64,000 nucleotides of DNA from Rhizobium sp. Q54 (lineage in GTDB: Bacteria > Pseudomonadota > Alphaproteobacteria > Rhizobiales > Aestuariivirgaceae), in assembly GCA_945889445.1 (NCBI GenBank), contig CAMDBX010000002.1:2041-66040 (forward strand), in the 5' to 3' direction. Every line of letters begins with the position of its first letter. Position 1 is the first letter of the stretch. Positions 50,042 to 60,136 of the stretch are shown in pieces. A program made the translations under genes and the position numbers. Under the pieces are notes generated by a model. It did no database searches, was not told the origin of the DNA, and saw nothing but the letters and a program-made list of their open reading frames with translations.

Positions 50042-51391
50042 TCACACGTTCAGGAGCAGGTATTCGCGTTCCCAGGAACTGATCACGCGGCGGTAATTCT
50101 GCATCTCCTCGTACTTCACGTCATTGTAGGCTTCGCAGAACTTTTCGCCCAACACCTGCTTAAGCGCCTTGGTATAGTTCAGCTTGTCGAGGCTTTCATC
50201 GAGGCTGATCGGCAGGGTGTGGGCATAGCGATAGGCCGAACCAGTGACGGGTTCCGACGGCTTGATGCGCTCGATCATGCCGAGGTAGCCGCAGGCCAGC
50301 GATGCCGCGAAAGCGAGATAAGGGTTCGCATCAGCACCCGGTACGCGGTTCTCGACGCGGGTGTTGCTGGCATCCGATGACGGGACGCGCAGTGACACGG
50401 TGCGATTGTCGACCGCCCAGTGAACATTGGTCGGCGCATCGGAATCCGGCACGAGGCGGCGGTAGGAGTTGACGTTGGGTGCGCACAGTGAGAGTGCTGC
50501 CGCAAGATAACGCTGCAGCCCGCCAATGTGGTTCAGGAACAGCTTCGACTGCGCGCCATCCTTGCTGGCGAAGATGTTCTTGCCGGTCTTCATGTCCATC
50601 ACCGACTGGTGGATGTGCATGGAGGAACCGGGCTCGTTCTCATGCGGCTTGGCCATGAAGGTGGCATACATGTCGTGCTTCAGTGCGGCCTGGCGCACCG
50701 TACGCTTGAACAGGAACACCTGGTCGGCCAGCTCCAGCGGGTCGCCGTGGTTGAAGTTGATCTCGAGCTGCGCCGGACCGCTTTCATGGCTCAGCGTGTC
50801 GACGTCGAGCTCCTGCGCTTCGCAATAATCATAAATGTCCTCGACGATCGGATCGAAGTCATTGGCGGCGTCGATGCCATAGGCCTGGCCACCCGGCTCC
50901 TTGCGCCCGGAACGGCCGACGGCGGCATCGAGCGGATAGTCGGGATCGATGTTCTTCTTGACCAGATAGAATTCGAGCTCGGGCGCGATGACCGGCCGCC
51001 AGCCCTTTTCCTTGTAGGCCTGCAGCACGCGCTTCAGCACATGGCGCGGCGAAATCTCCACCGGCCTGTCATCGAGGTGGAAGGCGTCGCAGATCACCTG
51101 TGCCGTCGGCTCCTGGTACCATGGCACGAAGCGGATCGTGTCCGGGTCGGGCTTCATGTAGATGTCGATCGCGCTGTCGCTCACTGCGCGGGTGTCCTGC
51201 GTGTAGCGGCCATTGATTGTGAGTGTGAAGACTTCCTCCGGAATGCGCAGCCCGCGCGAGCGGTTGCCGGAGAGAAACTTCTTGGGCGGAAGAATTTTGC
51301 CGCGCGCGGTGCCGTTCATGTCTGCAACGAGGCATTCGACCTCGCTGATCTTGTGTTCGTGCAGCCATTCCTCAAATCGCGATTGGGTCAT
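50042..51391 (-). CDS. Glutamine synthetase family protein, probable gamma-glutamyl-polyamine synthetase (PuuA/PauA-like)
   Basis: D.NG..RGK, APELEFYL, HE.G..Q.EIN, ATFMAKP...PGS.MH.HQS, PN.NSYRR, DNR....RVP, RVENR..GADANPYL; divergent from a PuuB-like gene. Confidence 0.9.
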   Translation of the reverse strand: MTQSRFEEWLHEHKISEVECLVADMNGTARGKILPPKKFLSGNRSRGLRIPEEVFTLTINGRYTQDTRAVSDSAIDIYMKPDPDTIRFVPWYQEPTAQVICDAFHLDDRPVEISPRHVLKRVLQAYKEKGWRPVIAPELEFYLVKKNIDPDYPLDAAVGRSGRKEPGGQAYGIDAANDFDPIVEDIYDYCEAQELDVDTLSHESGPAQLEINFNHGDPLELADQVFLFKRTVRQAALKHDMYATFMAKPHENEPGSSMHIHQSVMDMKTGKNIFASKDGAQSKLFLNHIGGLQRYLAAALSLCAPNVNSYRRLVPDSDAPTNVHWAVDNRTVSLRVPSSDASNTRVENRVPGADANPYLAFAASLACGYLGMIERIKPSEPVTGSAYRYAHTLPISLDESLDKLNYTKALKQVLGEKFCEAYNDVKYEEMQNYRRVISSWEREYLLLNV

Positions 51392-51474
51392 GATATTCCA
51401 AGTATTGTTGTCGCGGCCCAATGTAGCGCGGAAGCTTGACCAAACAAAAGGGGGACCGCTAAACCCTTTTCACC

Positions 51475-52752
51475 ATGTCAAAATCCATCTTTGCGCCCAG
51501 CTATTATCAGGCCACGGCCACCCCTTCCCCAGCCCACCTGCCGCTCTCGGGCGAGATTTCCGCCGATGTGTGCATCGTGGGTGCGGGCTACACCGGGCTT
51601 TCGGCGGCCGTGGAGCTGGCCGAGGCTGGCCACAGGGTGGTGGTACTGGAATCCGAGACGGTGGGCCACGGCGCATCTGGCCGCAATGGCGGGCAGATCT
51701 GCACAGGCTTTTCCTCAGGGCAAGACAAGATCGCAGCACAGCTGGGCAAGGAGGATGCGCGCAAGTGTTTCGCAATCGCGCAGGAGTCAAAGCGGCTGCT
51801 GGTGGACCGAATCAGTCGTTACAAGATCGACTGCGACCTGCGCTGGGGCTACCTGCACGTCCTCCCGAAACCCAACCGCATGGACGGGCTGAAGGAATGG
51901 AAGGACGAGTGGGATGCGCTCGGCTACACCGACACGCAGATCATCGACAAGGCAGGGCTCGAACAAAAGCTCGGCACGCGCCACTACCATGGCGCCCTGC
52001 GCGAGGGCGGCGCTGGGCACTTCCACCCGCTCAACTATTGCCTCGGCCTTGCCCGCGCGGCAACGGAAGCGGGCGCGGTGATCCATGAGCATTTCCCGGC
52101 CATCGAGGTGGATACCGGTTCGAAGCCCTTCGTGCGCACGGCGCGCGGCAAGGTGAACGCACGCTTCGTGATCATCGCCTGCAATGCCTATCTCGGCCGA
52201 CTGGTGCCGAAGCTCTATGGCAAGGTCCTGCCGGTGACGAGCTACATCATCGCCACGGAACCCCTGGGCGAAAACCGGGCGCGCGCGATGATCCGCGACG
52301 GCGAGGCAGTGGCTGACACTAACTTCATCGTCGACTATTTCCGACTGACGCCCGACACGCGCATGCTGTTCGGCGGCCGCGCCAGCTACACCACCATGGA
52401 GCCGGCGCACCTTGCGCCGGACATGAAGAAGAGCATGGTGAAAATCTTTCCGCAGCTGCGCGATGCGAAAATCGACTTTGCCTGGGGCGGCTACATCGCC
52501 ATCACCCAAAATCGCATTCCGGATTGCGGTCGTCTGAGCCCCACCGCCTACTATGCCCACGGCTATTCCGGCCAGGGCGTGGCACTCGCCGGCATGTACG
52601 GCAAGCTGATGGCCGAGGCGGTGCGCGGCACGGCCGAGCGCTTCGACCTGCTGTCGCGTGTCCGACACTTCCCCTTCCCTGGCGGTCCGGTGCGTGTGCC
52701 ACTGCTCGCCGCCGCCATGCTGTACTACCGATTGAAGGATGCCCTGAGCTGA
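51475..52752 (+). CDS. FAD-dependent oxidoreductase, gamma-glutamylputrescine oxidase-like (PuuB/PauB)
   Basis: DVCIVGAGYTGLSAA..LA, GASGRNGGQ, HFHPL, DYFR...D.R.LFGG, WGG.I, GYSG.GV. Confidence 0.88.
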   Translation: MSKSIFAPSYYQATATPSPAHLPLSGEISADVCIVGAGYTGLSAAVELAEAGHRVVVLESETVGHGASGRNGGQICTGFSSGQDKIAAQLGKEDARKCFAIAQESKRLLVDRISRYKIDCDLRWGYLHVLPKPNRMDGLKEWKDEWDALGYTDTQIIDKAGLEQKLGTRHYHGALREGGAGHFHPLNYCLGLARAATEAGAVIHEHFPAIEVDTGSKPFVRTARGKVNARFVIIACNAYLGRLVPKLYGKVLPVTSYIIATEPLGENRARAMIRDGEAVADTNFIVDYFRLTPDTRMLFGGRASYTTMEPAHLAPDMKKSMVKIFPQLRDAKIDFAWGGYIAITQNRIPDCGRLSPTAYYAHGYSGQGVALAGMYGKLMAEAVRGTAERFDLLSRVRHFPFPGGPVRVPLLAAAMLYYRLKDALS

Positions 52753-53870
52753 TGAGCAAGCTGTTCTCCCCCGCCACCTATCGCGGCATGACACTGAAGA
52801 ACCGGGTGATCGTGGCACCCATGTGCCAGTATTCGGCACAGCATGGCTTCGCCAATGACTGGCACCTCGTGCACCTCGGCCGTTTTGCGCTGGGCGGCTT
52901 CAGCCTCGTCATCGTTGAAGCAGCGGGGGTCACGCCTGAGGGCCGCATCTCCTATGGCTGTCTCGGCCTGTGGGAGGATGCCCAGATCGCGCCGCTGACG
53001 CGCATCGTGGACTTCCTCCACAAGAACGGCGCGAAGGCTGGCATTCAGCTGGCCCATGCCGGCCGCAAGGCGAATTCACCAATTCCGTGGCGCGGCGGTT
53101 TCAACGAGACGGACGCGGAGAAGCGGGACCTGGGCTTCGAGGCCTGGACATCGGTGGCACCCTCAGCCGAGCGGCACAGCGCCTCATACCCCGTGCCCGA
53201 GGCGCTCGACGAGGCGGGCCTTGCCCGCGTGCGCGAAGGCTTCGTGGCCGCTGCGAAGCGGGCCGATGCGGCGGGCTTCGACATGATCGAAGTTCACTCC
53301 GCGCACGGCTATCTGCTGAACCAGTTCCTGTCGCCGATTGCCAACAAGCGCAGCGATCAGTATGGCGGCAGCTTTGGCAACCGCATGCGTTTTCCCCTTG
53401 AGGTGGCGCGTGCCGTGCGTGACGCATGGCCCAAGGACAAACCAGCCTTCGTGCGCATCTCCGTCACCGATTGGATCGAAGGTGGCGTGACGGTTGCAGA
53501 CAGCATCGCTTACGCCCGGGAACTGAAGGCCATCGGCTATGACGTCGTGCATTGCTCGTCCAGCGGCTTCGATGGCGCGAAAATTCCAGTGGGCCCGCTG
53601 TATCAGGTGCCGCTGGCCGAAGCGGTGCGGAAGGGGGCCGACGTGCCCACCGCCGCCGTGGGCCTCATCACCACGGCGCAGGAAGCCGAGCAGATTCTCG
53701 AAAAGGGAGAAGCCGACCTGATCGCGCTGGCCCGCCAGGCGCTGGACGACCCCAACTGGCCTCTCCACGCGATGCGAGAACTGATCGCCGGAGACACATA
53801 CGGAAATTGGCCGCTGCAGGCGGGCTACGCCGTGCGCAACAAGGACCGGGCGTTGGGCACCACCCGCTAA
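52752..53870 (+). CDS. NADH:flavin oxidoreductase (Old Yellow Enzyme, YqjM-like)
   Basis: LKNR..VAPMCQYSA, GIQLAHAGRKA, GFD.IEVH.AHGYLL.QFLSP..N.RSD.YGG...NR.RF; TGATG overlap. Confidence 0.93.
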   Translation: MSKLFSPATYRGMTLKNRVIVAPMCQYSAQHGFANDWHLVHLGRFALGGFSLVIVEAAGVTPEGRISYGCLGLWEDAQIAPLTRIVDFLHKNGAKAGIQLAHAGRKANSPIPWRGGFNETDAEKRDLGFEAWTSVAPSAERHSASYPVPEALDEAGLARVREGFVAAAKRADAAGFDMIEVHSAHGYLLNQFLSPIANKRSDQYGGSFGNRMRFPLEVARAVRDAWPKDKPAFVRISVTDWIEGGVTVADSIAYARELKAIGYDVVHCSSSGFDGAKIPVGPLYQVPLAEAVRKGADVPTAAVGLITTAQEAEQILEKGEADLIALARQALDDPNWPLHAMRELIAGDTYGNWPLQAGYAVRNKDRALGTTR

Positions 53871-53874
53871 AGTC

Positions 53875-54870
53875 CTATTCGGCGACGGGCGCGGCGCGCG
53901 CGCCCTTCTGCCAGGCCTTGAGGCAAAGATATTCCATGATGAGGGACGAGGCGGCCAGCGAGGTGATGTCGGCGTGGTCGTATGGGGGTGACACCTCCAC
54001 CACATCCATCGCCACGAAGTTGATGTCCGTCAGCTTGCGGATGATAGCGGCCGCCTGGTGATAGCTGAGGCCACCGGGGATCGGCGTGCCCGTGCCGGGA
54101 GCAACGGAAGGGTCGAGGCAGTCGATGTCGAAGGTGAGGTAGGTATTGTTGCTGCCAACCACCTTGCGGATGATGTCGGCCAGCTGCGCTGACGTCGACT
54201 CATGCACCTCGTCGGCATAGACGATCTTGAAGCCATAAGTGCGCTCGCCGGCGAACACAGTGCGGATGCCGATCTGCACCGACTTCTTGGGATCGATCAG
54301 GCCTTCCTTCACCGCGTAGCCAAACATGGTGCCGTGGTCGATACGGCCGCCGTCGTCCGGTTCCACGTCGCGGTGCGCATCGAAGTGGATGAGCGACAGG
54401 GGGCCGTGCTTCTTCGCGTGTGCCCTGAGCAGCGGATAGGTGACGTAGTGGTCGCCACCCAGCGAGATCATCTCGGCACCCGATGAAATGATCTCGGTGG
54501 CATGGTCCTCGAGGCGCTGCGGGAAGTTCTCCTTGCGGCCCCAGTCGAAGAAGCAGTCGCCGTAGTCGACGACGGCCAGCGTGTCGAAAGGATCGAAGCT
54601 CCACGGCCAGAACGGCCCCCAGGCATTCTCGGCCGAAGCCTTGCGGATACCCTCAGGGCCCATGCGCGTGCCAGAGCGGTGCGACACCGCCTGGTCGAAG
54701 GGAATGCCGGTGACAGCGATGTCCACGCCCTTGAGATCGCGTGAATACTTGCGGCGCATGAAGGAGAGTGCGCCGGCATAGGTTGGCTCCCACTGCGTGC
54801 CCTTCAGGCTTTCGCGGCGAAAGGCGCTGTCGCCCGGAAACGGGCCGTTGGGATTCATTTCGAGCGACAT
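53875..54870 (-). CDS. speB: Agmatinase (ureohydrolase family)
   Basis: G.PFD.....R.G.R.GP..IR.AS, GGDH, HFDAHRD, DHGT, TFDIDCLDP..APGTGTP..GG, DVVEVSPPYD. Confidence 0.88.
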   Translation of the reverse strand: MSLEMNPNGPFPGDSAFRRESLKGTQWEPTYAGALSFMRRKYSRDLKGVDIAVTGIPFDQAVSHRSGTRMGPEGIRKASAENAWGPFWPWSFDPFDTLAVVDYGDCFFDWGRKENFPQRLEDHATEIISSGAEMISLGGDHYVTYPLLRAHAKKHGPLSLIHFDAHRDVEPDDGGRIDHGTMFGYAVKEGLIDPKKSVQIGIRTVFAGERTYGFKIVYADEVHESTSAQLADIIRKVVGSNNTYLTFDIDCLDPSVAPGTGTPIPGGLSYHQAAAIIRKLTDINFVAMDVVEVSPPYDHADITSLAASSLIMEYLCLKAWQKGARAAPVAE

Positions 54871-54875
54871 CAGCG

Positions 54876-55958
54876 CTACTCCGTAAGGACGATGGAATCT
54901 TCGGGTGCCCAGTATACCCAGATGCTCTGTCCGCGCTCAACGCCGGAACCACCGAGTCTCGTATCGTTCTGGACGTTCACAGACAGGTTGAGCCCGTCCG
55001 CCGCTTCGATGACGACGTGGCTCGTATCGCCGTAATAGGCAACGTCGCGCACCTTGCCCTGAACGCGGATGGCGGCGGTGGGCTCCGAACTGGCAATCTT
55101 GAGTTTCTCAGGCCGCACGGCCACGGAAACCTGCGCACCGACGAGGTTGTCGCTGACGAGTTCCATGCGGCCCACGCCCTTCAACTCGCAATCGACCTTG
55201 CGGCCGATCTGCCGATGCACGCGCGCCTCGATCAGGTTCACCTTGCCGATGAAGTCCGCGACGAAACGGGTCTTCGGTTGTTCATAGAGCTCGGCGGGGG
55301 TGGCCACCTGCTGCACGGCGCCACGGTCCATGACGGCGATGCGGCTGGCCATGGAGAGCGCTTCGTCCTGGTCATGGGTGACGATGATGAAGGTGATGCC
55401 CACGGTTTCCTGAAGTCGGGTGAGCTCCATGCGCATGTCGTCGCGCAGCTTGGCATCAAGGGCCGAGAGCGGCTCGTCGAGCAGCAGTACCTTGGGGCGC
55501 TTGACCAGGGCGCGGGCGAGTGCTACGCGCTGGCGCTGGCCACCCGACATCTGGTCGGGCTTGCGGGTGGCAAGTGCGGTGAGCTTCACCATCTCCAGCG
55601 CCTCGCCGACGCGGCGCCTGATCTCGTCTGATGCAACGCCCGTGACCTTCAGGCCGTAGCCGACATTCTGCTCCACTGTCATGTGCGGGAACACCGCATA
55701 GGACTGGAACACCATGTTGGTGGGCCGCTTGTTGGGCGGCGTGTAGGCCATGTCCTCGCCGCCGATGATGATCTGGCCGCCGGTCGGCGTCTCGAGGCCG
55801 GAGATCATGCGCAGAAGCGTGGTCTTGCCGCAGCCCGAAGGACCGAGAAGGGCGAAGAACTCGTTCTGTTCAATGTCGATCGAGACATTGTCGACGGCTG
55901 TAACGCCACCCGGGAAAGCCTTGGTGACGTTGCGAATGGAGACGATGGTATCTGACAT
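54876..55958 (-). CDS. Spermidine/putrescine ABC transporter ATP-binding protein (PotA/PotG-like)
   Basis: LLGPSGCGKTT, MVFQSYA.FPHMTV, SGGQRQRVALARAL, LLDEPLSALD, VTHDQ.EAL, TOBE-like C-terminus. Confidence 0.93.
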   Translation of the reverse strand: MSDTIVSIRNVTKAFPGGVTAVDNVSIDIEQNEFFALLGPSGCGKTTLLRMISGLETPTGGQIIIGGEDMAYTPPNKRPTNMVFQSYAVFPHMTVEQNVGYGLKVTGVASDEIRRRVGEALEMVKLTALATRKPDQMSGGQRQRVALARALVKRPKVLLLDEPLSALDAKLRDDMRMELTRLQETVGITFIIVTHDQDEALSMASRIAVMDRGAVQQVATPAELYEQPKTRFVADFIGKVNLIEARVHRQIGRKVDCELKGVGRMELVSDNLVGAQVSVAVRPEKLKIASSEPTAAIRVQGKVRDVAYYGDTSHVVIEAADGLNLSVNVQNDTRLGGSGVERGQSIWVYWAPEDSIVLTE

Positions 55959-55963
55959 CTTGT

Positions 55964-56812
55964 TCAAACCTTGTCCGCCTTGGGCGGCGCCTGGAGCTTC
56001 ATTGCGAGAACGGTGGCGATCACCGTGATGACGATGAGGACGGTGGACGCCGCATTGATCTCGGGCGAGACGCCGCGGCGAACCAGCGAGTAAACCTTCA
56101 CGGGGAATGTCACCGTTTCCGGCCCCGAGGTGAAGAAGGTGATGACGAAATCGTCAAGCGACAGCGTGAAGGCCAGAAGCGCTCCGGCGATGAGGCCCGG
56201 CTTCATGTAGGGCACGATGATCGACCAGAAGGTCTGCCACTCGCTGGCGCCGAGGTCCTTCGAGGCTTCCTCCAGCTGGCGGTTGAATCCGACCAGGCGC
56301 GACCGCACGACGACAGCCACGAAGGGGAAACAGAAGGTGACATGGGCGAAGATGATGTTGCCAAGGTTCAGCGGCCACGGGAGAGCGACGAAGAGCCCCA
56401 TCATGCCTGAGTTGACGAAGAACAGCAGCAGCGCCACGCCCATGCAGATTTCAGGGATGACGATAGGAAGCGCCATGAAGCCCTCATAGGCGCCCTTGAA
56501 GGGAAATCGGAAGCGCCACATCAGCAGCGCCGTCAGCGCGCCGAGCACGGTGGCGAAGACCGTTGCAATGAGCGCAATCACCAGCGAGTTGGTCAGCGCC
56601 TCGATGAGTGAGGCGTTGTTCCAGGCCTTGGTATAGTTGTCGAGCGTGAAGCCGCGCCACACCACGCCGCGCTTGTCGGTGTTGAAGGAGAAGGCGACGA
56701 GCGTGATGATCGGCGCATAGAGCACGAAGAAGATGGCGGCAAACAGCACCTTGAGCCAGGTGCGGCTGCCATAGTCGAGGGGCCCCTGCCCCGGTTTCAG
56801 CTGGGCGGCCAT
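55964..56812 (-). CDS. Polyamine ABC transporter permease (PotC/PotI-like)
   Basis: LYAPI..L..FSFN, LEEAS.DLGA, AFTLSLDDFVIT.F.SGP. Confidence 0.92.
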   Translation of the reverse strand: MAAQLKPGQGPLDYGSRTWLKVLFAAIFFVLYAPIITLVAFSFNTDKRGVVWRGFTLDNYTKAWNNASLIEALTNSLVIALIATVFATVLGALTALLMWRFRFPFKGAYEGFMALPIVIPEICMGVALLLFFVNSGMMGLFVALPWPLNLGNIIFAHVTFCFPFVAVVVRSRLVGFNRQLEEASKDLGASEWQTFWSIIVPYMKPGLIAGALLAFTLSLDDFVITFFTSGPETVTFPVKVYSLVRRGVSPEINAASTVLIVITVIATVLAMKLQAPPKADKV

Positions 56813-57684
56813 CAGACGTCCACTCCCTTGGATCGCAGGGTAAACAGGTAGCGGAGCGCGAGCGCACCGAAGGTGGCATACATCAGAAGGAAGGACAGTG
56901 CCGCACCGAAGGGCCAGTCATTTGCCGCCTTGAACTGGCGCTCGATGACGTTGCCGATCATCAGCGCGTTGGCGCCACCCAGCAGGTCCGGGGTCAGGAA
57001 GGATCCGAGGCACGGAATGAAAACGAGGATGATGCCGGAGATGATGCCGGGCATGGTCAGCGGCACGGTGACACGCATGAACGTCTGGAACTGCGAGCCG
57101 CCAAGGTCGAGGCTGGCCTCGAGGTAGGATTTGTCCAGCCTTTCAATGGTGGCGTAGAGCGGCAGCACCATGAAGGGCATGTAGACATAGACCAGCCCGA
57201 AGATGACCGCGAAGTTGTTGTAGAGCATCTCGAAGGGGCCAAAGCCCACCCAGCCCAGGATCTTGTTCACATAACCTTGGGTGCGGAACACCGCGATCAG
57301 CGCATAGGTGCGGATCAGCAGGTTGATCCAGAACGGCAGCACCACCAGCAGCAGCAGCAAGGGCTTCCACTTGTCCTTGGCAAAGCAGATGCCGAAGGCG
57401 ATGGGATAGGCAAAGAGCAGGCAGAGCGCGGTGGCCAGTGCGCTGATCCACACCGACTTCCACATGATGCCAAGGTACAGCGGATCGAAGGCACGGATGT
57501 AGTTGGTGATGCCGGTCAGGTAGTCATAGCCGGTGATCGACACCTCGCCGTCGACCATGGCCTTGTCGCTGAACGACATGATGAAGAGAAAGCCGAGCGG
57601 GATGATGAAGAAGGCCAGAAGCCACAGTGAAGGCGGTAAGCCCAGTGTCCAGAAGACCCGGGGGTTCTGTTTCCAGTTCTCCAA
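56812..57684 (-). CDS. Polyamine ABC transporter permease (PotB/PotH-like)
   Basis: AYP.A, LPFW.N.L.R.YA, YLEAS.DLG, G.F..P.LLGG....MIG, DWPFGAA; TTG start. Confidence 0.92.
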   Translation of the reverse strand: MENWKQNPRVFWTLGLPPSLWLLAFFIIPLGFLFIMSFSDKAMVDGEVSITGYDYLTGITNYIRAFDPLYLGIMWKSVWISALATALCLLFAYPIAFGICFAKDKWKPLLLLLVVLPFWINLLIRTYALIAVFRTQGYVNKILGWVGFGPFEMLYNNFAVIFGLVYVYMPFMVLPLYATIERLDKSYLEASLDLGGSQFQTFMRVTVPLTMPGIISGIILVFIPCLGSFLTPDLLGGANALMIGNVIERQFKAANDWPFGAALSFLLMYATFGALALRYLFTLRSKGVDV

Positions 57685-57753
57685 GATGCGTTCACTCCCC
57701 CTGCGTCGTTTTCTTTGAAGCTACCCCAGCACGGCACGGCACGGCAACCCCGG

Positions 57754-60072
57754 CTATAGCCGGGACAGCGCCCTGTCGATGGCTGCAACCGCGAAATCGG
57801 CATCGGCGCGGCTGAACACGATGGGCGGCCTGATCTTCAGCACGTTGCCGGATTTCCCCTCACCGCCAACAAGCGCACCCTCGTCGCGGATCAGGTTCAG
57901 CAACCGGTGCATCACGTCACCCGCCGGCTGCTTGCTGGCGCGATCGTGCACCAGTTCCACGCCCGTGGCGAGCCCGACGCCGCGCACGTCACCAATCAGC
58001 GCATGTCTCGACATGAGCCCCGAAAGGCCGTTGCGGAAGTGCGCCCCAACGTCACGCGCATTCTCCAGAAGGTTTTCGTCCCGGATGACGTCCAGAACCG
58101 CCATGCCGGCCGCCCCGGCGACGTTGTTGCCGCCAAAGGTGGAGAAGAACGGACCGAGTTGAAGGAAATGTGACAGGATCTCGGGCCTGGTGATGACCAC
58201 GCCCAGCGGATAACCATTGCCCGCCGGCTTGCCGATGGTGATGAAGTCCGGCACCACGCCATGATGGCGATGCCCCCAGAAGGATGGGCCCATGCGGCCG
58301 AAGCCGGACTGCACCTCGTCGGCGATGAACAGGCCGCCTGCCTTGTGCACCCGCGCAACGATGCCCTGCAGGTAGCCGGCAGGCGCGTCAAGGATGCCGT
58401 TGGTCATGAAGGCGGAATCAACCATCATCGCGGCAACGCCGAGGCCCTTCTCCTGCAGGTCGCCGATCAGCGGATCGGCAAGGGCCGCATAGCGCGCGCC
58501 CGCGTCATTGTCCTGCGGGCCATAGGGGCCGCGATAGACATCTGGCGCGGGCAGCAGGCGGATGTGCGGGGCCTTCCAGTGCGCGGGCGCATTCGACGGC
58601 GAAAAGGCGTCAATCGACTCGCTCACGCCATGATAGGCGAATTCCATCGCAAGCCCGCCGGAATGGCCGGTGAAGGCCTTGGCCATGCGCCATGCAAGGT
58701 CGTTCGCCTCGCTGCCGGAATTGACGAAGGTCACCGAGGTGAGGCCCTCGGAAGCCAGCTCCGCCAGCCGTTCGGCATATTCGATCGACTGGTCTGTGAT
58801 GTAGCGCGTGTTGGTGCTGAGCGTGCGCGCCTGCCGCGCGATGGCCTCCGCCACGTAAGGGTGCGCGTGGCCCACATGCGGCACGTTGTTGTAGCAGTCG
58901 AGATAGCGCTTGCCGTCGGAGGCAGTGAGCCACACGCCCTCGCCCTTCACGATGTGCAGCGGCGGGTCGTAGAAGACATAGAGCTTCTCGCCCATCACCT
59001 TGCGGCGCCGTGTGATGGCTTCTGCGGCAGTTTCCGCGTGCTGCGGAGGAATGCTGGTGAAAGCGGCGGCGCGGCGGATCAGGGCGCGCAGCCTGTCGTG
59101 CCCGATCCGACGCATCTCGCGGATCATCGGCATGCTGCGGCTGTTGAAGGCCTGGAAATAGTCCTGCGAAGCAATGCCGTTCGAGGCCTTCAGCGCGTCG
59201 ATGAGCGGGGTCATCAGCAGGCGAATGTCGATGAGGTCGATCAATGCATCGGCCTCGGCCTCCTCCAGCGGCGTCACGCTGCGGTAGCCGCGTACCAATT
59301 CGAAGATGGTGTCGGGAACATCCGCCGCGGGCGTCAGGAAATCGCCCGTCGCATTGGCGAGATCGAGAATCAGGGGGCCGTGCACCATGTCGCCGAAGTC
59401 GATGATGCCGGTCACCTTGCGCGCGGCGTCGACAAGCACGTTGTGGGGATGAACGTCGCCGTGGATGACTTGGGCGCGCATGCGGCGGAGTGCCGGCACG
59501 GTGACCGTCTCGTGGCGCGCCAGAATCTCCGTGGCAAGCGCGCGGTCGCCTTCCGGAAGGTTGCCGATCTCGCTGGCCAGCCGCAGCACGTGGCGCGTGT
59601 CCCAGACCAGATCACGTTCAGCCGGCGCGCCGTTGACGAAACCGCGCAGCGCCACGCCGAGGCGGGCCAGTAGCTTTCCGAGATCGAACAGGCCGTCGCG
59701 CCCCAGCGTGTCGCCGCCCAGGACGTGACCTTCGAGCCATGACAGCACCATGACCGGGTAATGCTGGCCATCATGCGTGATGCGCGCCAGCGGCTCGCCG
59801 TTGCGCGTGCGGATGAGGCGCGGCACGGGCAGTGCGGGGTCGGCCTCGGCAATATGCTCAAGGGCTGTGGCCTGGCACTGCAGGATGGCATCACCCTCGG
59901 CCGGATGGCACACCTTGAACGTGGCGCTCACGCCGCCCGCGCCCAGGACCCGGTAATTCTGGTCGCGTTCGCCCTCGAGTGGCGACCACACGCCGGAAAG
60001 ACCATAGCTCCGCTCGGCGAAGGCCTGAAGCGCATCAAGCGGCAGGGCGGGCGGTCTCAGCGTGTTGAGCAT
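57754..60072 (-). CDS. Fusion of an APH-like phosphotransferase (hydroxylysine-kinase-like) with a class-III PLP enzyme (AGXT2L-type phospho-lyase-like)
   Basis: N-terminal L.GERD.N, WD, QVIHGDVH..NVL, GIIDFGD; C-terminal YLDCYNNV.HVGH.HP, TNTRY, NSGSEANDLA, AYHG, IADEVQSGFGR.G, IGKP.GNG.PL, FSTFGGN, LKIRPP. Confidence 0.88.
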   Translation of the reverse strand: MLNTLRPPALPLDALQAFAERSYGLSGVWSPLEGERDQNYRVLGAGGVSATFKVCHPAEGDAILQCQATALEHIAEADPALPVPRLIRTRNGEPLARITHDGQHYPVMVLSWLEGHVLGGDTLGRDGLFDLGKLLARLGVALRGFVNGAPAERDLVWDTRHVLRLASEIGNLPEGDRALATEILARHETVTVPALRRMRAQVIHGDVHPHNVLVDAARKVTGIIDFGDMVHGPLILDLANATGDFLTPAADVPDTIFELVRGYRSVTPLEEAEADALIDLIDIRLLMTPLIDALKASNGIASQDYFQAFNSRSMPMIREMRRIGHDRLRALIRRAAAFTSIPPQHAETAAEAITRRRKVMGEKLYVFYDPPLHIVKGEGVWLTASDGKRYLDCYNNVPHVGHAHPYVAEAIARQARTLSTNTRYITDQSIEYAERLAELASEGLTSVTFVNSGSEANDLAWRMAKAFTGHSGGLAMEFAYHGVSESIDAFSPSNAPAHWKAPHIRLLPAPDVYRGPYGPQDNDAGARYAALADPLIGDLQEKGLGVAAMMVDSAFMTNGILDAPAGYLQGIVARVHKAGGLFIADEVQSGFGRMGPSFWGHRHHGVVPDFITIGKPAGNGYPLGVVITRPEILSHFLQLGPFFSTFGGNNVAGAAGMAVLDVIRDENLLENARDVGAHFRNGLSGLMSRHALIGDVRGVGLATGVELVHDRASKQPAGDVMHRLLNLIRDEGALVGGEGKSGNVLKIRPPIVFSRADADFAVAAIDRALSRL

Positions 60073-60097
60073 GGCGCTCCAGATGTTCAAACGAAAC

Positions 60098-60124
60098 GGG
60101 GCGGCCCCTTGCGGTGGCCGCCCC
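60098..60124 (-). terminator. Hairpin downstream of the polyamine SBP gene (partial terminator or stabiliser)
   Basis: ggggcggcc ... ggccgcccc 9-bp stem followed by gtttcgttt on the minus strand. Confidence 0.6.
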
Positions 60125-60136
60125 ATGTCATAGCGC

